Assembly: GCA_963422645.2 (NCBI GenBank)
Contig: CAXXVO010000012.1
Coordinates: forward strand, 32,001 to 96,000
DNA: 64,000 bases
Direction: 5' to 3'
DNA from: Alphaproteobacteria bacterium
GTDB taxonomy: Bacteria > Pseudomonadota > Alphaproteobacteria > UBA828
Below the pieces are notes generated by a model that was given only the letters and a program-made list of their open reading frames with translations, had not been told where the DNA came from and ran no database searches. Made by a program: the position numbers and the translations under genes. Positions 10,777 to 19,687 of this stretch are shown one piece after another. Each line of letters begins with the position of its first letter. Positions within the stretch are counted from its first letter, which is position 1.

Positions 10777-11775
10777 TCATCCCGCACTTCCGTTGATGGC
10801 GGCAGGGGATTGCGGCTCCCGGTGCGCCTCGGCGGCTGCGAGGCGATAGCCACCCCTGGGCGCCCGTTCGATGCGCCCCTCCCTGGTGAGGCTCTCGATG
10901 GCGGCAACGACGGTGGCGTTGCGGGCAGCGGCGCGTGAGCGGATCTGGGCTTTCGAGAGCGGCTTTTCGGCCTGCTCGATCGCCTTGAAGACGCGCTGCT
11001 CGACGGTGGCGGGCTCGTGCCTGTCTTCATCTGCCGCGTCCTGGTGCAGACGGAAGGCCGGCCCATGTCCGCCGTCGACGAGTTCCAGCTCGATGTCGTT
11101 GAGGCCCCGGGCGTCGCGCTGCTCGACCGTCATGACGATCTTCTTGTCGCGCCGGCGCAGGTACAGATTTGAGTCACCCCAAGCGTGCAGCTCGCTGCTC
11201 CCGCGCAGGGCCTGCCCCGGCCGGGTGCCGCCGCTCTTGCGGGCGTGGTGGACGAGGAGGACGGCGGTTTCGAAGCGGCGCTGCAGTTCGCGCAGGAAGC
11301 CGAGGATGGGGGCGATCTCTGCGACGGCGTTCTCGTCGACGCTGTGCAGGCGGACCAGGGGATCGAGGATCAGGAGGCGCGGTTCGATGCGCTCCACGGT
11401 CTGCTGCAGGCGTTGACGGTCGCCGGGCCGGTCGAGACGCAGGGTGGGCACGTCGATGACGGCGATGTCGAGTTCGTCGAAGGGGGTGGCGGCGGCGCGG
11501 GCGATCCCCTGCAGACGCTTGCGCACCCTGTGGCCGGCGTCCTCGGCGGCGAAGAGCAGCACGGTGCCGCTTGCGCTGGGGCGGTAGTGGCGCAGGCATG
11601 GGACGCCGGTGGCCACGGCGACGGCGAGATCGAGCGCGAGCAGGGATTTGCCGCACTTGGGCTCGCCGCCGACGATGCCCACGGCCTGCTCGGCCCACAG
11701 CGTGTCCACCATCCACTGTTGCGCCCGGGGGCGATCCTCGAGCTGCATCGGCGCCCGTGTCGGGAAGCCCTTCAC
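10777..11775 (-). CDS. RepA-like (AAA_25) helicase/ATPase
   Basis: GGEPKCGKS Walker A, LFAAED, LLILDPL Walker B, VHHARK, LRGSS; GTG start overlaps upstream stop. Confidence 0.82.
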   Translation of the reverse strand: MKGFPTRAPMQLEDRPRAQQWMVDTLWAEQAVGIVGGEPKCGKSLLALDLAVAVATGVPCLRHYRPSASGTVLLFAAEDAGHRVRKRLQGIARAAATPFDELDIAVIDVPTLRLDRPGDRQRLQQTVERIEPRLLILDPLVRLHSVDENAVAEIAPILGFLRELQRRFETAVLLVHHARKSGGTRPGQALRGSSELHAWGDSNLYLRRRDKKIVMTVEQRDARGLNDIELELVDGGHGPAFRLHQDAADEDRHEPATVEQRVFKAIEQAEKPLSKAQIRSRAAARNATVVAAIESLTREGRIERAPRGGYRLAAAEAHREPQSPAAINGSAG

Positions 11776-12605
11776 CGCCGTGCCCTCTTCGGCTTGGCGG
11801 GCTCGCCCAGGATCTCCATGAAGAGCTTCTCGTCGAGAACCTCGCGGTTCTTCTCGGCGCCGGCGGCGAGCAGCATGTCGCCCATGACGGTAAGCGCCCT
11901 GGGGTTGCCGCCGGCGTGGGTGACCAGGGTGTCCTTGAGCTCTGCGCTCATGAGGCCCGGATTGCCGCCCTGCTCGACCAGATGGTCGAGCAGGGCCGCG
12001 AGGTCGCCGGCGTCTGCCTGGGTCATGACCAGGCGCTGGCGCAGGCGCGAGGCGATGGGCTGCAAGTCGGGCTGGCGGAGCCTGTCGATCAGGCGGCTGT
12101 CGCCGGCGAAGACGACCGAGAGGATGGCGCGCGAGTCGAAGTCGGTGGACGCCAGCAGGCGGATCTCGGAGATCACCGAGGGCAGCAGCTCCTGGGCCTC
12201 GTCGATGAGCACCACGGGCCGCATGCGGGTGTCGTCGACATGGGTGAGCCATCGCTCGCGCAGGTTTTTGAAGCTGGCCCAGCGGTTGTTGTACATCAGG
12301 TCGACGCCGAACATCCCGCCGATCTCGCGGTAGAAGTCGGACAGCCTGGAAGAGGGGTGGGTGATGGCACAGACCCTGAGCCCGTCCGAGCGGCCGAGGC
12401 GGTCGGCGAGCACGCGCAACGCCACGCTCTTTCCGGTGCCGGGCTCGCCGGCGATCAACGCGAAGCCGCCCTGGCGCACAAGATGATGCTCGATTCTGAG
12501 GCAGAAGCTGTCGACGGCGGGGCTCACCATGAGGCTGTCGACCGGAAGGTCGGTGGCGAAGGGGTTCCATTTGAGCCCGTAGAAGGTGAGCAGCTCGCGG
12601 TTCAT
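11772..12605 (-). CDS. Transposon-associated ExeA-like AAA ATPase (TnsC/MuB-like role)
   Basis: YGLKWNPF, GEPGTGKS, LIDEAQ, GNPR; coupled to the transposase. Confidence 0.82.
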   Translation of the reverse strand: MNRELLTFYGLKWNPFATDLPVDSLMVSPAVDSFCLRIEHHLVRQGGFALIAGEPGTGKSVALRVLADRLGRSDGLRVCAITHPSSRLSDFYREIGGMFGVDLMYNNRWASFKNLRERWLTHVDDTRMRPVVLIDEAQELLPSVISEIRLLASTDFDSRAILSVVFAGDSRLIDRLRQPDLQPIASRLRQRLVMTQADAGDLAALLDHLVEQGGNPGLMSAELKDTLVTHAGGNPRALTVMGDMLLAAGAEKNREVLDEKLFMEILGEPAKPKRARR

Positions 12606-14078
12606 GACGGATCTCCCTGATCGTCGTCCTCGCCCGGACCGGGCGTCTTGTTATGGGGTACCCAGGCCGGCGGCAGGCCTGTTGCGGCCTGGGCGTCGAG
12701 CACGCCCTTGAGCAGCGGCGGAAGTTCGCCGACGCCCGCGCTGGCGCCGCCATGGTCGCTGCCGGGTCTCGCAGGACGGCGGACGCCATCGGCGTTGCCG
12801 CGCTTGTCGAGGGGGTACAGCGTGCACAGCCGCTCGCCGCTTCGGCCTTCCACCAGATCGACGCCGCTGAGGTCCCAGCGCGCATAGCGGACCCAGAGCG
12901 TCCTCAGGTGGCGCCACGGCTGTGGCACCTGGTAGCGGATGCCCTCGACCGAGACGGTGCCGTCCGAGCGCCTGAGCGTGCGCTTCCTGGCGATGCGGAA
13001 GGCCGCCTTGAGCTCGTCCGAGGCGGGGCAGGGCCTCGATGCCTTGACGCTCCCGGCGAGGCGTTCATGCGGCGTCATGCCGAGCTCGCGGTGCACCCGC
13101 CGATGGTAGTCCTGCTCCAGCCAGGCTATGGTGGCGTCGTTGAGCATCTTCAGGGTGAGCGCGTCGACGCCTTCGAGCTGAGCCATCAGGCGGCCCTCGA
13201 CCGTGCCCCAGAACGACTCGATTTTTCCATTTTGATGGGGGCTGTAAGCGAGTGTCGTGGCCCCCACGATGCCGAGGCGGTGCAAGCCCTCCTCGACCTC
13301 GCCCGCCGTCATCGGCCCGCCGTTGTCGGTCAGCAGGGACCTGGGCAAGTCCCTCTTCATGAAGGCCTGACAGAGCCCGTGGACGAAGACCTCGGCGGTC
13401 TCCTCCAGGTACCACTGCAGGTGGCAGCCAAGCCTGGAGTGGTCGTCGAGGAAGCCGAGCAGGATGGGCGTCTGCCATTCGCCCGACGCCGTCAGCACGC
13501 GGCGCTTGCCGTGGTGGAAGTCCCCGTGCCACAGCGCGTGACTGCGAGACACCTCGTAGCTAAGGACCTCGCGGGCTTCGACCGCCGGCTTGTCCTCACC
13601 CTCGTGCCACTTCCTGGGGCGCTCGCGCACCAGGCCGCGATTGCGCATCGCCCGCGCTCAGCGTCGCGTAGGACGGCATCGGGCCGAGCTCGGGATGGGT
13701 CGCAACATGAGCCTTGAGGGTCTCGTAGTGGAGCTGCGCCGCCCACGAGGGATGGACCCGGTACTGCTCGCGCAGCGCCGCGATCAGCCCCGCCGACATG
13801 GACCGCTCGCGGCCGACGTCGGTCCGAGGCTTCCGGCGCAGCGCCTTGACCGGGTCCTGCTCCTCTGCCCGCGCCCGGTAGTACCAGCGCTCGATCGTCG
13901 AGGCCGCAAAGCGCACCGGCCCCTTGCCCGACGGGTGCTCCCAGTCGCGCTGCGACAGACGCTCGAACTCGGCCCCCAGCTGGCCTGCAGGCGGCGGTGA
14001 AGCCAGAAGCGGCCCCACCACCGCAAAGCGCAGCCGGGCCCACTTCTCGCGCCTGGCGCCCGCGTCGTCCTTGTCCAT
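12602..14078 (-). pseudogene. DDE transposase (rve/Mu-like), +1 frameshift near 13657
   Basis: WHGDFHH, FLDDHSR, TDNG, GKIESFW; matches the intact copy at 39560..41035 apart from one extra base. Confidence 0.85.
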
Positions 14079-14127
14079 TCCGGCATCCCTCCCTCGCCGC
14101 ATCGGAGAGATGCCCATGTAGAACGCC

Positions 14128-14745
14128 CTATCCGGGCGTGACAGGAACACTTTCTGCGGGCGGCGCCGAGCCATCGCCGAGCCCGCAATAGCCCGTCCAC
14201 GGCTTGAACCAGATCAGGCTCAGGAACAGACGCTCACCGAAGCGTCCGCCCCGCATCTGCCGCAGCACGAAGAGCAGCGGCACCTCCTCGGGTGGCATCA
14301 CCAGTTCGCCACGCTTCGCTCCCCAGGGCTCCGTCGCCGGGAACGCCTCCAGCCACCACTTCCGCCAGCGGCGCAGTGTGGCGACCGAGACCCCCCACTT
14401 CCGCTTGATCGTCTGCAACCGCACCCCGCCTCTCAGAACCAGTGCACTCAACAGAACGAACAGGGCGCCCAGATAAAAGCGGCGCCCGAAGAATCGTACC
14501 GATGGTGGGGTCGCTCGCAGGCGGCAATCCGCGCAGCAGAAGCTGAACCGCCGCGTGCCCTCTTCCCTCAACTCGGCTGCCAGACCGTACGGCTTGCGCG
14601 GATACGTCGCGCTGTGCAGCTTGCCGGGGCAGTGTCGGCAGCCCGCCTCGCGGCAGCGCGCCGCCTCGGCCTCATCGACCTCGCGCAGCCAGGCCCAGAC
14701 CAGGGCGTTGCAAAGCATGGAGTGGCGGAAAATGTTGTGCGACAT
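14128..14745 (-). CDS. Zn-finger/HTH accessory protein of the transposon
   Basis: CRHC..CCADC and GVSVATLRRWRKWW HTH; identical protein at 38893..39510. Confidence 0.7.
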   Translation of the reverse strand: MSHNIFRHSMLCNALVWAWLREVDEAEAARCREAGCRHCPGKLHSATYPRKPYGLAAELREEGTRRFSFCCADCRLRATPPSVRFFGRRFYLGALFVLLSALVLRGGVRLQTIKRKWGVSVATLRRWRKWWLEAFPATEPWGAKRGELVMPPEEVPLLFVLRQMRGGRFGERLFLSLIWFKPWTGYCGLGDGSAPPAESVPVTPG

Positions 14746-14895
14746 TGGGGCCGTCTCTGGCGATTGTGACCGTCACCACGAGACAAAGCCCCCCGGCGAA
14801 CTTCTTGCAAGTTCGCCGAGGGGCACCCGCCCCAAAACCTCAACAAATCCGAGCGGATCAGGCCCCGATCCCCGCTGAAAGACCGCGCGCGCTCA

Positions 14896-15267
14896 GAAGG
14901 CCGGTCCGACGCCGACTGGCCCGCGGCCGTGCTCGGAGGCCCGGTCATGGCCGCCATCGGCGCACGCTCCCGAACCGCCCGCCTCTCCGCAGAAACCGCC
15001 GCAAAGCAGGCCAGGAGACACCCCGATCTCGAACCCGCAGACTACGCCCGCGTCCAGCGCATCCTCGATCAAGGGGAGATGTTCGTGGAGGACAACGGCC
15101 GTTTCGCGCAGGGCTTCCTCGAAGAGGACGGGCGCCTGTGGAAGGCCGTCGTCAAGTCGGCCGCAGGTGGCGACGAGGCCTACATCGTGAGCCTGCACAA
15201 GGCGCAGCCCCATAACCTCGACGCCGCGCGCCGGCGCCTGAAGCGGATTGTCGGGGAGGGAGGTTGA
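14896..15267 (+). pseudogene. C-terminal PBECR-type nuclease domain of a MuF-like head protein, 5' part lost at the transposon junction
   Basis: Open frame from the junction: DWPAAVL..AIGA..LSAET..KQ..HPDL..DY..WKAVVK..GDEAYIVSLH, as in phage BECR-fold nuclease domains; same position relative to the Mu-like end as MuF in element B. Confidence 0.6.
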
Positions 15268-15334
15268 CGCCGGGCGGGTCGTAAACCCCGCGCTCGCCCG
15301 AAGGCATGAGAGGACTACGAATGCTTCCGGCGTC
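15266..15334 (+). ncRNA. Putative structured (pseudoknotted) RNA
   Basis: Closing stem GACGCCGG/CCGGCGTC; inner hairpins GCGGG/CCCGC and CTC-GCC/GGC-GAG; loop TCGTA complementary to TACGA (15316-15320). Confidence 0.4.
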
Positions 15335-15412
15335 GCGCCCGACCCTACGCGCCGCCGCACGCCACCTCAAGCCGATTCAGCGCCCCGGCGCGGGCCGCCG
15401 CCAGCCTCGCGG

Positions 15413-15701
15413 GACGGGCGCCTCGCCCCGCACCTCGCACCGGATTTTCCAGCCGAATCCGATACCCCGAAACCGCACCGATTTACGGGCCTTTCAGCAC
15501 CCCTGAAACGCCCCGAAAATCATCGTTTCCAGCCAATTCACGGCCTCTGCACGGCCCGATTCGCAAAGACTTCCGTCCGCACGCCAGCCGCCGCACCGCC
15601 ACCGTGCCGCCGCGCATCCCCTTGAGATTCCGCCACCTTCCGCCCGATTCCGCCTGATTCCACCCCTTGACCCGATTCACAACGACTTTCGTCCGTCTAC
15701 A
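15413..15701 (-). mobile_element. Left end of Mu-like transposable element A
   Basis: Minus strand begins TGTAGACGGACGAAAGTCGTTGTGAAT; second site GGACGGAAGTCTTTGCGAAT about 120 bp inside; homologous to 37397-37665; truncates the aminotransferase. Confidence 0.8.
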
Positions 15702-16126
15702 GCGCTGCCGCCGTGATAGGCACCGACGAAGGAGAGGATGCCGCGGCGCTGCGTCGCCGCCTCCAGCAAACGCACCACGGCGTCGTTGGCGTCGGAGCCG
15801 GCATGACCGAACCAGACCCGCCGGTCGCGGTCGTCGGGCAGACGCGCCAGCAGGTCCTCCGCCAGCCCGACCGCGTTCCCGACGGCGCACGAGGCGAGGC
15901 TGACCGCACCCATGTTGCCCACAGCCTCGCTCACCGCTTCGGCCAGCGCCGGATGGCTGTAGCCGAGACACGCCGCGCCCCACGAGGCGCTGAAGTCGAG
16001 CACGCGCCGGCCCCCCTCCTCGATCACGTAGGAGCCCTCGCCGCCCACGGCGGTCGCCGGGAAGAAGCGAAGCCGCTCGATATCGGCGATGGTGCGCCCG
16101 TCGCGGGCCAACAGGTCATCGGTCAT
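15702..16126 (-). pseudogene. Class III aminotransferase, 3'-truncated by Mu-like element A
   Basis: GEGSYV..LDFSASWGAACLGYSHP..GSDAND..FVGAYHGG, then the TGTA end. Confidence 0.85.
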
Positions 16127-16172
16127 GGCGCGTTCCAGCTTCGATGTTCGCTTTGGGTGTGCGGGCGGAGAG

Positions 16173-17594
16173 TCAGATAGGCGGGAGCACGTCCCGCCAG
16201 GGATTGGCCGCTTCGTAGGCCGCCGCGGCCTGGAAGACACTCAGGTCGTCGTAGGTCCGCCCGACGATCTGAATACCGGTGGGCAACCCGGCAGACGAAA
16301 GGCCGCTCGGCACCGCGATCACCGGGCATTGGCTCACCATGTTGAAGGGGTAGCAGAGGTTCCAGCCCAGATAGGCGTGAACCGGCTTGCCGTTGACCCG
16401 GAAATCCTCCGCGCCGCAGTCGTGCTCCGCCGCCACCGTCGGCACGGCGAGCGACGGGCAGACCAGCACGTCGCACTCGTCCAGAATCGGCGCCAGAGAG
16501 CGATACATCGCGCCCCGCACGATGTTGCAGCGGTAGAGCGTCCCCGCCGTGTGCGCGCGGCCGTTCTCGATGATACCGACCATGTAGGGGTCCATCTCGT
16601 CGCGCCACTCGTCGACCATCCCGCCGAGGCTCGACGCCGCCATGCCCTCCCAGTAGCGGAGATAGGGATGGGGCAGGTCGAACCCGCCCCAATCCGGCGT
16701 CACCTCACGAATCGTGCAGCCGAGGCGGCGAAACACGTCCACCGCGGCCTCCGTGTTGCGGGCGACCTCGGGGTCGATCTCAAACATGCCCAGGTCCATC
16801 GAGAAGCCGACCGTCCAGCCCTCGATCGGCGCATAGCTTTCGGGCAAGACGATCCGCTCCTTGAGCGAGCACATGTCGTCGCCGTGCGCGCCCGACATCA
16901 CGTTCTGCATCAGCGCAGCGTCGCCGACGCTCCGCGTCATCGGCCCGTAGTGGAGCAGCGACTCGATAGGATGATCGACGTCGAGAGGATTGCGCCCGAA
17001 GGGCGGCTTGTAGCCGACGATATGGCAGGCGGCGGCCGGTATGCGGACCGAGCCGCCGGCATCGGTGCCGTCGGCGAGCACCGTCATGCCCGCAGCGAGC
17101 GCAGCCCCGGCACCGCCCGACGAGCCGCCGGGGGCGTGCTCCAGGCTCCAGGGGTTGCGGGTAACGCCCCAGAGCGGACTTGCGGTGATCGGCGCGTAGG
17201 CGAACTCCGGCGTGGTGGTGCGCGCGTGCATGATGCCGCCGGCGTCGAGCAGACGGGCGACGGTGGGCGCGGAGCGCTCGGGCCTGTGGGTCGCGAACGC
17301 CTTCGAGCCGAAGGTCGTGAGCTCGCCTGCAACCGGGTGAAAGTCCTTGATGGCGACAGGAATGCCTTCCAGCGGCCGCGCCTCCCCGCAAGCGTAAGCC
17401 GCCTCTGCCGCGCGGGCCTGGTCGAGGGCGCGCTCTGCATGCACCTCGGTGAAGGCGTTGAGGGCGGGGTTGACGGAGTCGATCCGAGCCAGAGTCGCTT
17501 CCATGAGAGCGACCGGCGAGAGCGACCCGGTTTTGAACGCGGCAATCGCCTGGGTGGCGGTGAGCGTGCAGAGCTCGCGCGCGGATAAGGTCAT
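16173..17594 (-). CDS. Amidase signature family protein
   Basis: PLEGIPVAIKD, GGSSGG, GTDAGGSVRIPA. Confidence 0.92.
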   Translation of the reverse strand: MTLSARELCTLTATQAIAAFKTGSLSPVALMEATLARIDSVNPALNAFTEVHAERALDQARAAEAAYACGEARPLEGIPVAIKDFHPVAGELTTFGSKAFATHRPERSAPTVARLLDAGGIMHARTTTPEFAYAPITASPLWGVTRNPWSLEHAPGGSSGGAGAALAAGMTVLADGTDAGGSVRIPAAACHIVGYKPPFGRNPLDVDHPIESLLHYGPMTRSVGDAALMQNVMSGAHGDDMCSLKERIVLPESYAPIEGWTVGFSMDLGMFEIDPEVARNTEAAVDVFRRLGCTIREVTPDWGGFDLPHPYLRYWEGMAASSLGGMVDEWRDEMDPYMVGIIENGRAHTAGTLYRCNIVRGAMYRSLAPILDECDVLVCPSLAVPTVAAEHDCGAEDFRVNGKPVHAYLGWNLCYPFNMVSQCPVIAVPSGLSSAGLPTGIQIVGRTYDDLSVFQAAAAYEAANPWRDVLPPI

Positions 17595-17634
17595 TCTCTA
17601 CCCTCGGCCCTACGGCGCAGCCCCGGCCTGCCAA

Positions 17635-18369
17635 CTAGCTCCGAGCGCCGCCGTAGCGCCGCTCGCGGCGCTGGAACTCGCCGATCGCCTGATCGAGGTG
17701 CTCCAGGGTGAAGTCGGGCCAGAGCGTCGGCACGAAGACAAGCTCGGTATAGGCCGATTGCCACAGCAGGAAGTTGCTGAGGCGTTGCTCGCCGCTGGTG
17801 CGAATCACCAGATCGAGGTCCGGCAGATCACGGGTTTGGAGATGGCGCTGGAACGTCTCTTCCGAGAGCGTGTCCGCATCGAGCACACCGTCGCGGACCT
17901 GCTCGGCGATCCGGCGCACCGCATCGACGATCTCCTGGCGCCCGCCGTAGTTGACCGCGACCGTGAGCGTAAGCTTGGCGTTGTGCCGGGTGCTTTCCTC
18001 GGCCTCGTCTATGAGGGCGTTGATCTCCTTGCTCAGCCGCGCGCGGTCGCCGATGAAGGCGATCCGGACGCCATTGCCGTGCAGGTCGGCCACCTCGCGG
18101 CGCAAGTAGAGTCGCAGGAGCCCCATGAGGTCAGCGACCTCGCCCTGGGGTCGCTTCCAGTTCTCGGATGAGAACGCGTAGATGGTGAGGTATCGGACGC
18201 CCCGGTCGGGGCAGCCTCTCAGGATCTTCTTCACGACCTCGGCGCCGCGCCGGTGCCCCGCAGCTCTCGGCAAGCCGCGCGCCCGTGCCCAGCGCCCGTT
18301 GCCGTCCAGAATGATGCCGACATGCAGGGACGTGTCCTGCCGGTCGGCGAATGACTGCGCGAGCGCCAT
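17635..18369 (-). CDS. uppS: Undecaprenyl diphosphate synthase
   Basis: HVGIILDGNGRWA, YAFSSENWKRP, IRTSGEQRLSNFLLWQ; follows frr. Confidence 0.95.
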   Translation of the reverse strand: MALAQSFADRQDTSLHVGIILDGNGRWARARGLPRAAGHRRGAEVVKKILRGCPDRGVRYLTIYAFSSENWKRPQGEVADLMGLLRLYLRREVADLHGNGVRIAFIGDRARLSKEINALIDEAEESTRHNAKLTLTVAVNYGGRQEIVDAVRRIAEQVRDGVLDADTLSEETFQRHLQTRDLPDLDLVIRTSGEQRLSNFLLWQSAYTELVFVPTLWPDFTLEHLDQAIGEFQRRERRYGGARS

Positions 18370-18371
18370 GT

Positions 18372-18929
18372 CTAGACCTGCAGAATCTCCTGTTCCTTGG
18401 CCTCGAACATCTCGGTCAATTTCTTGACGAACCCGTCGGTCATCTCCTGAATCTCGTCCGCCCAAAGTCTGGATTCGTCCTCGCCGAGCTCGCTCGCCCG
18501 CTCCATCTTCTTGAGCTGGTCCATGCCGTCGCGCCGCACGTTGCGCACCGCCACCTTGGCCTGCTCGGCATACTTGGCCGCAACCTTGGCGAGTTCGCGG
18601 CGGCGTTCCTCGTTCAGCTCCGGGATTGGAATGCGGAGCGACTGGCCATCGACGATCGGATTGAGCCCGAGATCGGAGGAGCGAATAGCCTTCTCGACGG
18701 CCTTCACCTGAGTCTTGTCCCAGACCTGGACCGAGAGCATGCGCGGCTCGGGGACACTGATGCTCGCGACCTGATTGAGGGGCATCTCCGTCTCGTAGGC
18801 CTCGACCACGATGGGCTCCAGCAGGCTCAGCGAAGCCCGCCCGGTGCGGAGCCCCCCCAACTCCTTCCGCAGGGCTTCGACGGCGCCCTTCATCCGGCGT
18901 TCCAAGTCGTCGAGATCAGGATCGGCCAT
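18372..18929 (-). CDS. frr: Ribosome recycling factor
   Basis: [25 protein letters not shown]. Confidence 0.96.
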   Translation of the reverse strand: MADPDLDDLERRMKGAVEALRKELGGLRTGRASLSLLEPIVVEAYETEMPLNQVASISVPEPRMLSVQVWDKTQVKAVEKAIRSSDLGLNPIVDGQSLRIPIPELNEERRRELAKVAAKYAEQAKVAVRNVRRDGMDQLKKMERASELGEDESRLWADEIQEMTDGFVKKLTEMFEAKEQEILQV

Positions 18930-18939
18930 CGCGGCAGCC

Positions 18940-19659
18940 CTAGTCAGAGATAAGGGTGAAGGGTCCATCCCCGTCCAGCACGGCGGCAAGCCCGCCCTTC
19001 TTCTGAATGGAGAATACCACAATCGGAATTTCGTTTTCCCGCGCCAACGAGATCGCCGACGCGTCCATGGCCTTCAGATCCTTGGAGAGCACGTCCATGT
19101 AGGAGAGTCGCTCGAAGCGCGTCGCATCGGCATCGACCTCGGGGTCGGCCTCGTAGACTCCGTCGACCTTTGTGCCCTTGAGCAGGGCGTCGCAGCCCAT
19201 TTCCGCAGCGCGCAGGGCCGCCGCTGTATCGGTGGTGAAGAAGGGATTGCCGGTGCCGCCCGCGAAGAGCACGATCCGCCCCTTCTCCAGGTGGCGCTGC
19301 CCACGCCGGCGGATATAGGGCTCGCAGATCGGCGCGATGGGGAGCGCGGAGAGCACCCGGGTCTCCTTGCCCATGCGCTCCAGGGCATGCTGCATGGCGA
19401 CCGCGTTCATCACCGTCGCCAGCATGCCGATGTAGTCGGCGGTCGCGCGCTCCATGCCCGCGGCGGCGTCGGATGAGCCGCGGAAGATGTTGCCGCCACC
19501 AACGACTGCGCAGATCCCCACGCCCCTGTCTTGAACCTCGGCGAGCTCGCCCGCGAGCCGCTCCACCGCGTCACCGTTTATGCCGTAGGGCTCGTCTCCC
19601 CGCAGCGCCTCGCCGGAAATCTTCAGGAGGATGCGCTTGAAGCGGGGAGAAGCGGTCAT
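18940..19659 (-). CDS. pyrH: UMP kinase
   Basis: [27 protein letters not shown]. Confidence 0.96.
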   Translation of the reverse strand: MTASPRFKRILLKISGEALRGDEPYGINGDAVERLAGELAEVQDRGVGICAVVGGGNIFRGSSDAAAGMERATADYIGMLATVMNAVAMQHALERMGKETRVLSALPIAPICEPYIRRRGQRHLEKGRIVLFAGGTGNPFFTTDTAAALRAAEMGCDALLKGTKVDGVYEADPEVDADATRFERLSYMDVLSKDLKAMDASAISLARENEIPIVVFSIQKKGGLAAVLDGDGPFTLISD

Positions 19660-19687
19660 CGAAGGCTCCGGGCCGGGAGGCTTCCGC

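Larger units (their letters stand above)
9706..14895 (-). mobile_element. 5.2-kb DDE transposon carrying Zn-finger/HTH, transposase, AAA ATPase, RepA-like helicase and Toprim primase (copy 1, apparently complete)
   Basis: Terminal imperfect IRs TGAGCGCGCGC (14895, minus strand) and TGAGCGTGCGC (9706); internal TCGGATTnnTTGAnGTT motif near both ends; left 2.8 kb repeated at 38743-41568; no TSD seen. Confidence 0.7.

Noticed and set aside
11772-12605. Type II secretion ExeA
   Set aside because: No T2SS genes or peptidoglycan-binding domain; it is coupled to a transposase.
15266-15334. tRNA, terminator or known ribozyme interpretation of the structured segment
   Set aside because: It lacks the TTCG T-loop and CCA, has no U-tract, and shows no hammerhead, pistol or twister core.
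15904-15917. Near-match to the cassette promoter motif on the minus strand (CAACATGGGTGCGG)
   Set aside because: Lies inside aminotransferase codons, has an extra base and lacks the downstream spacing features.
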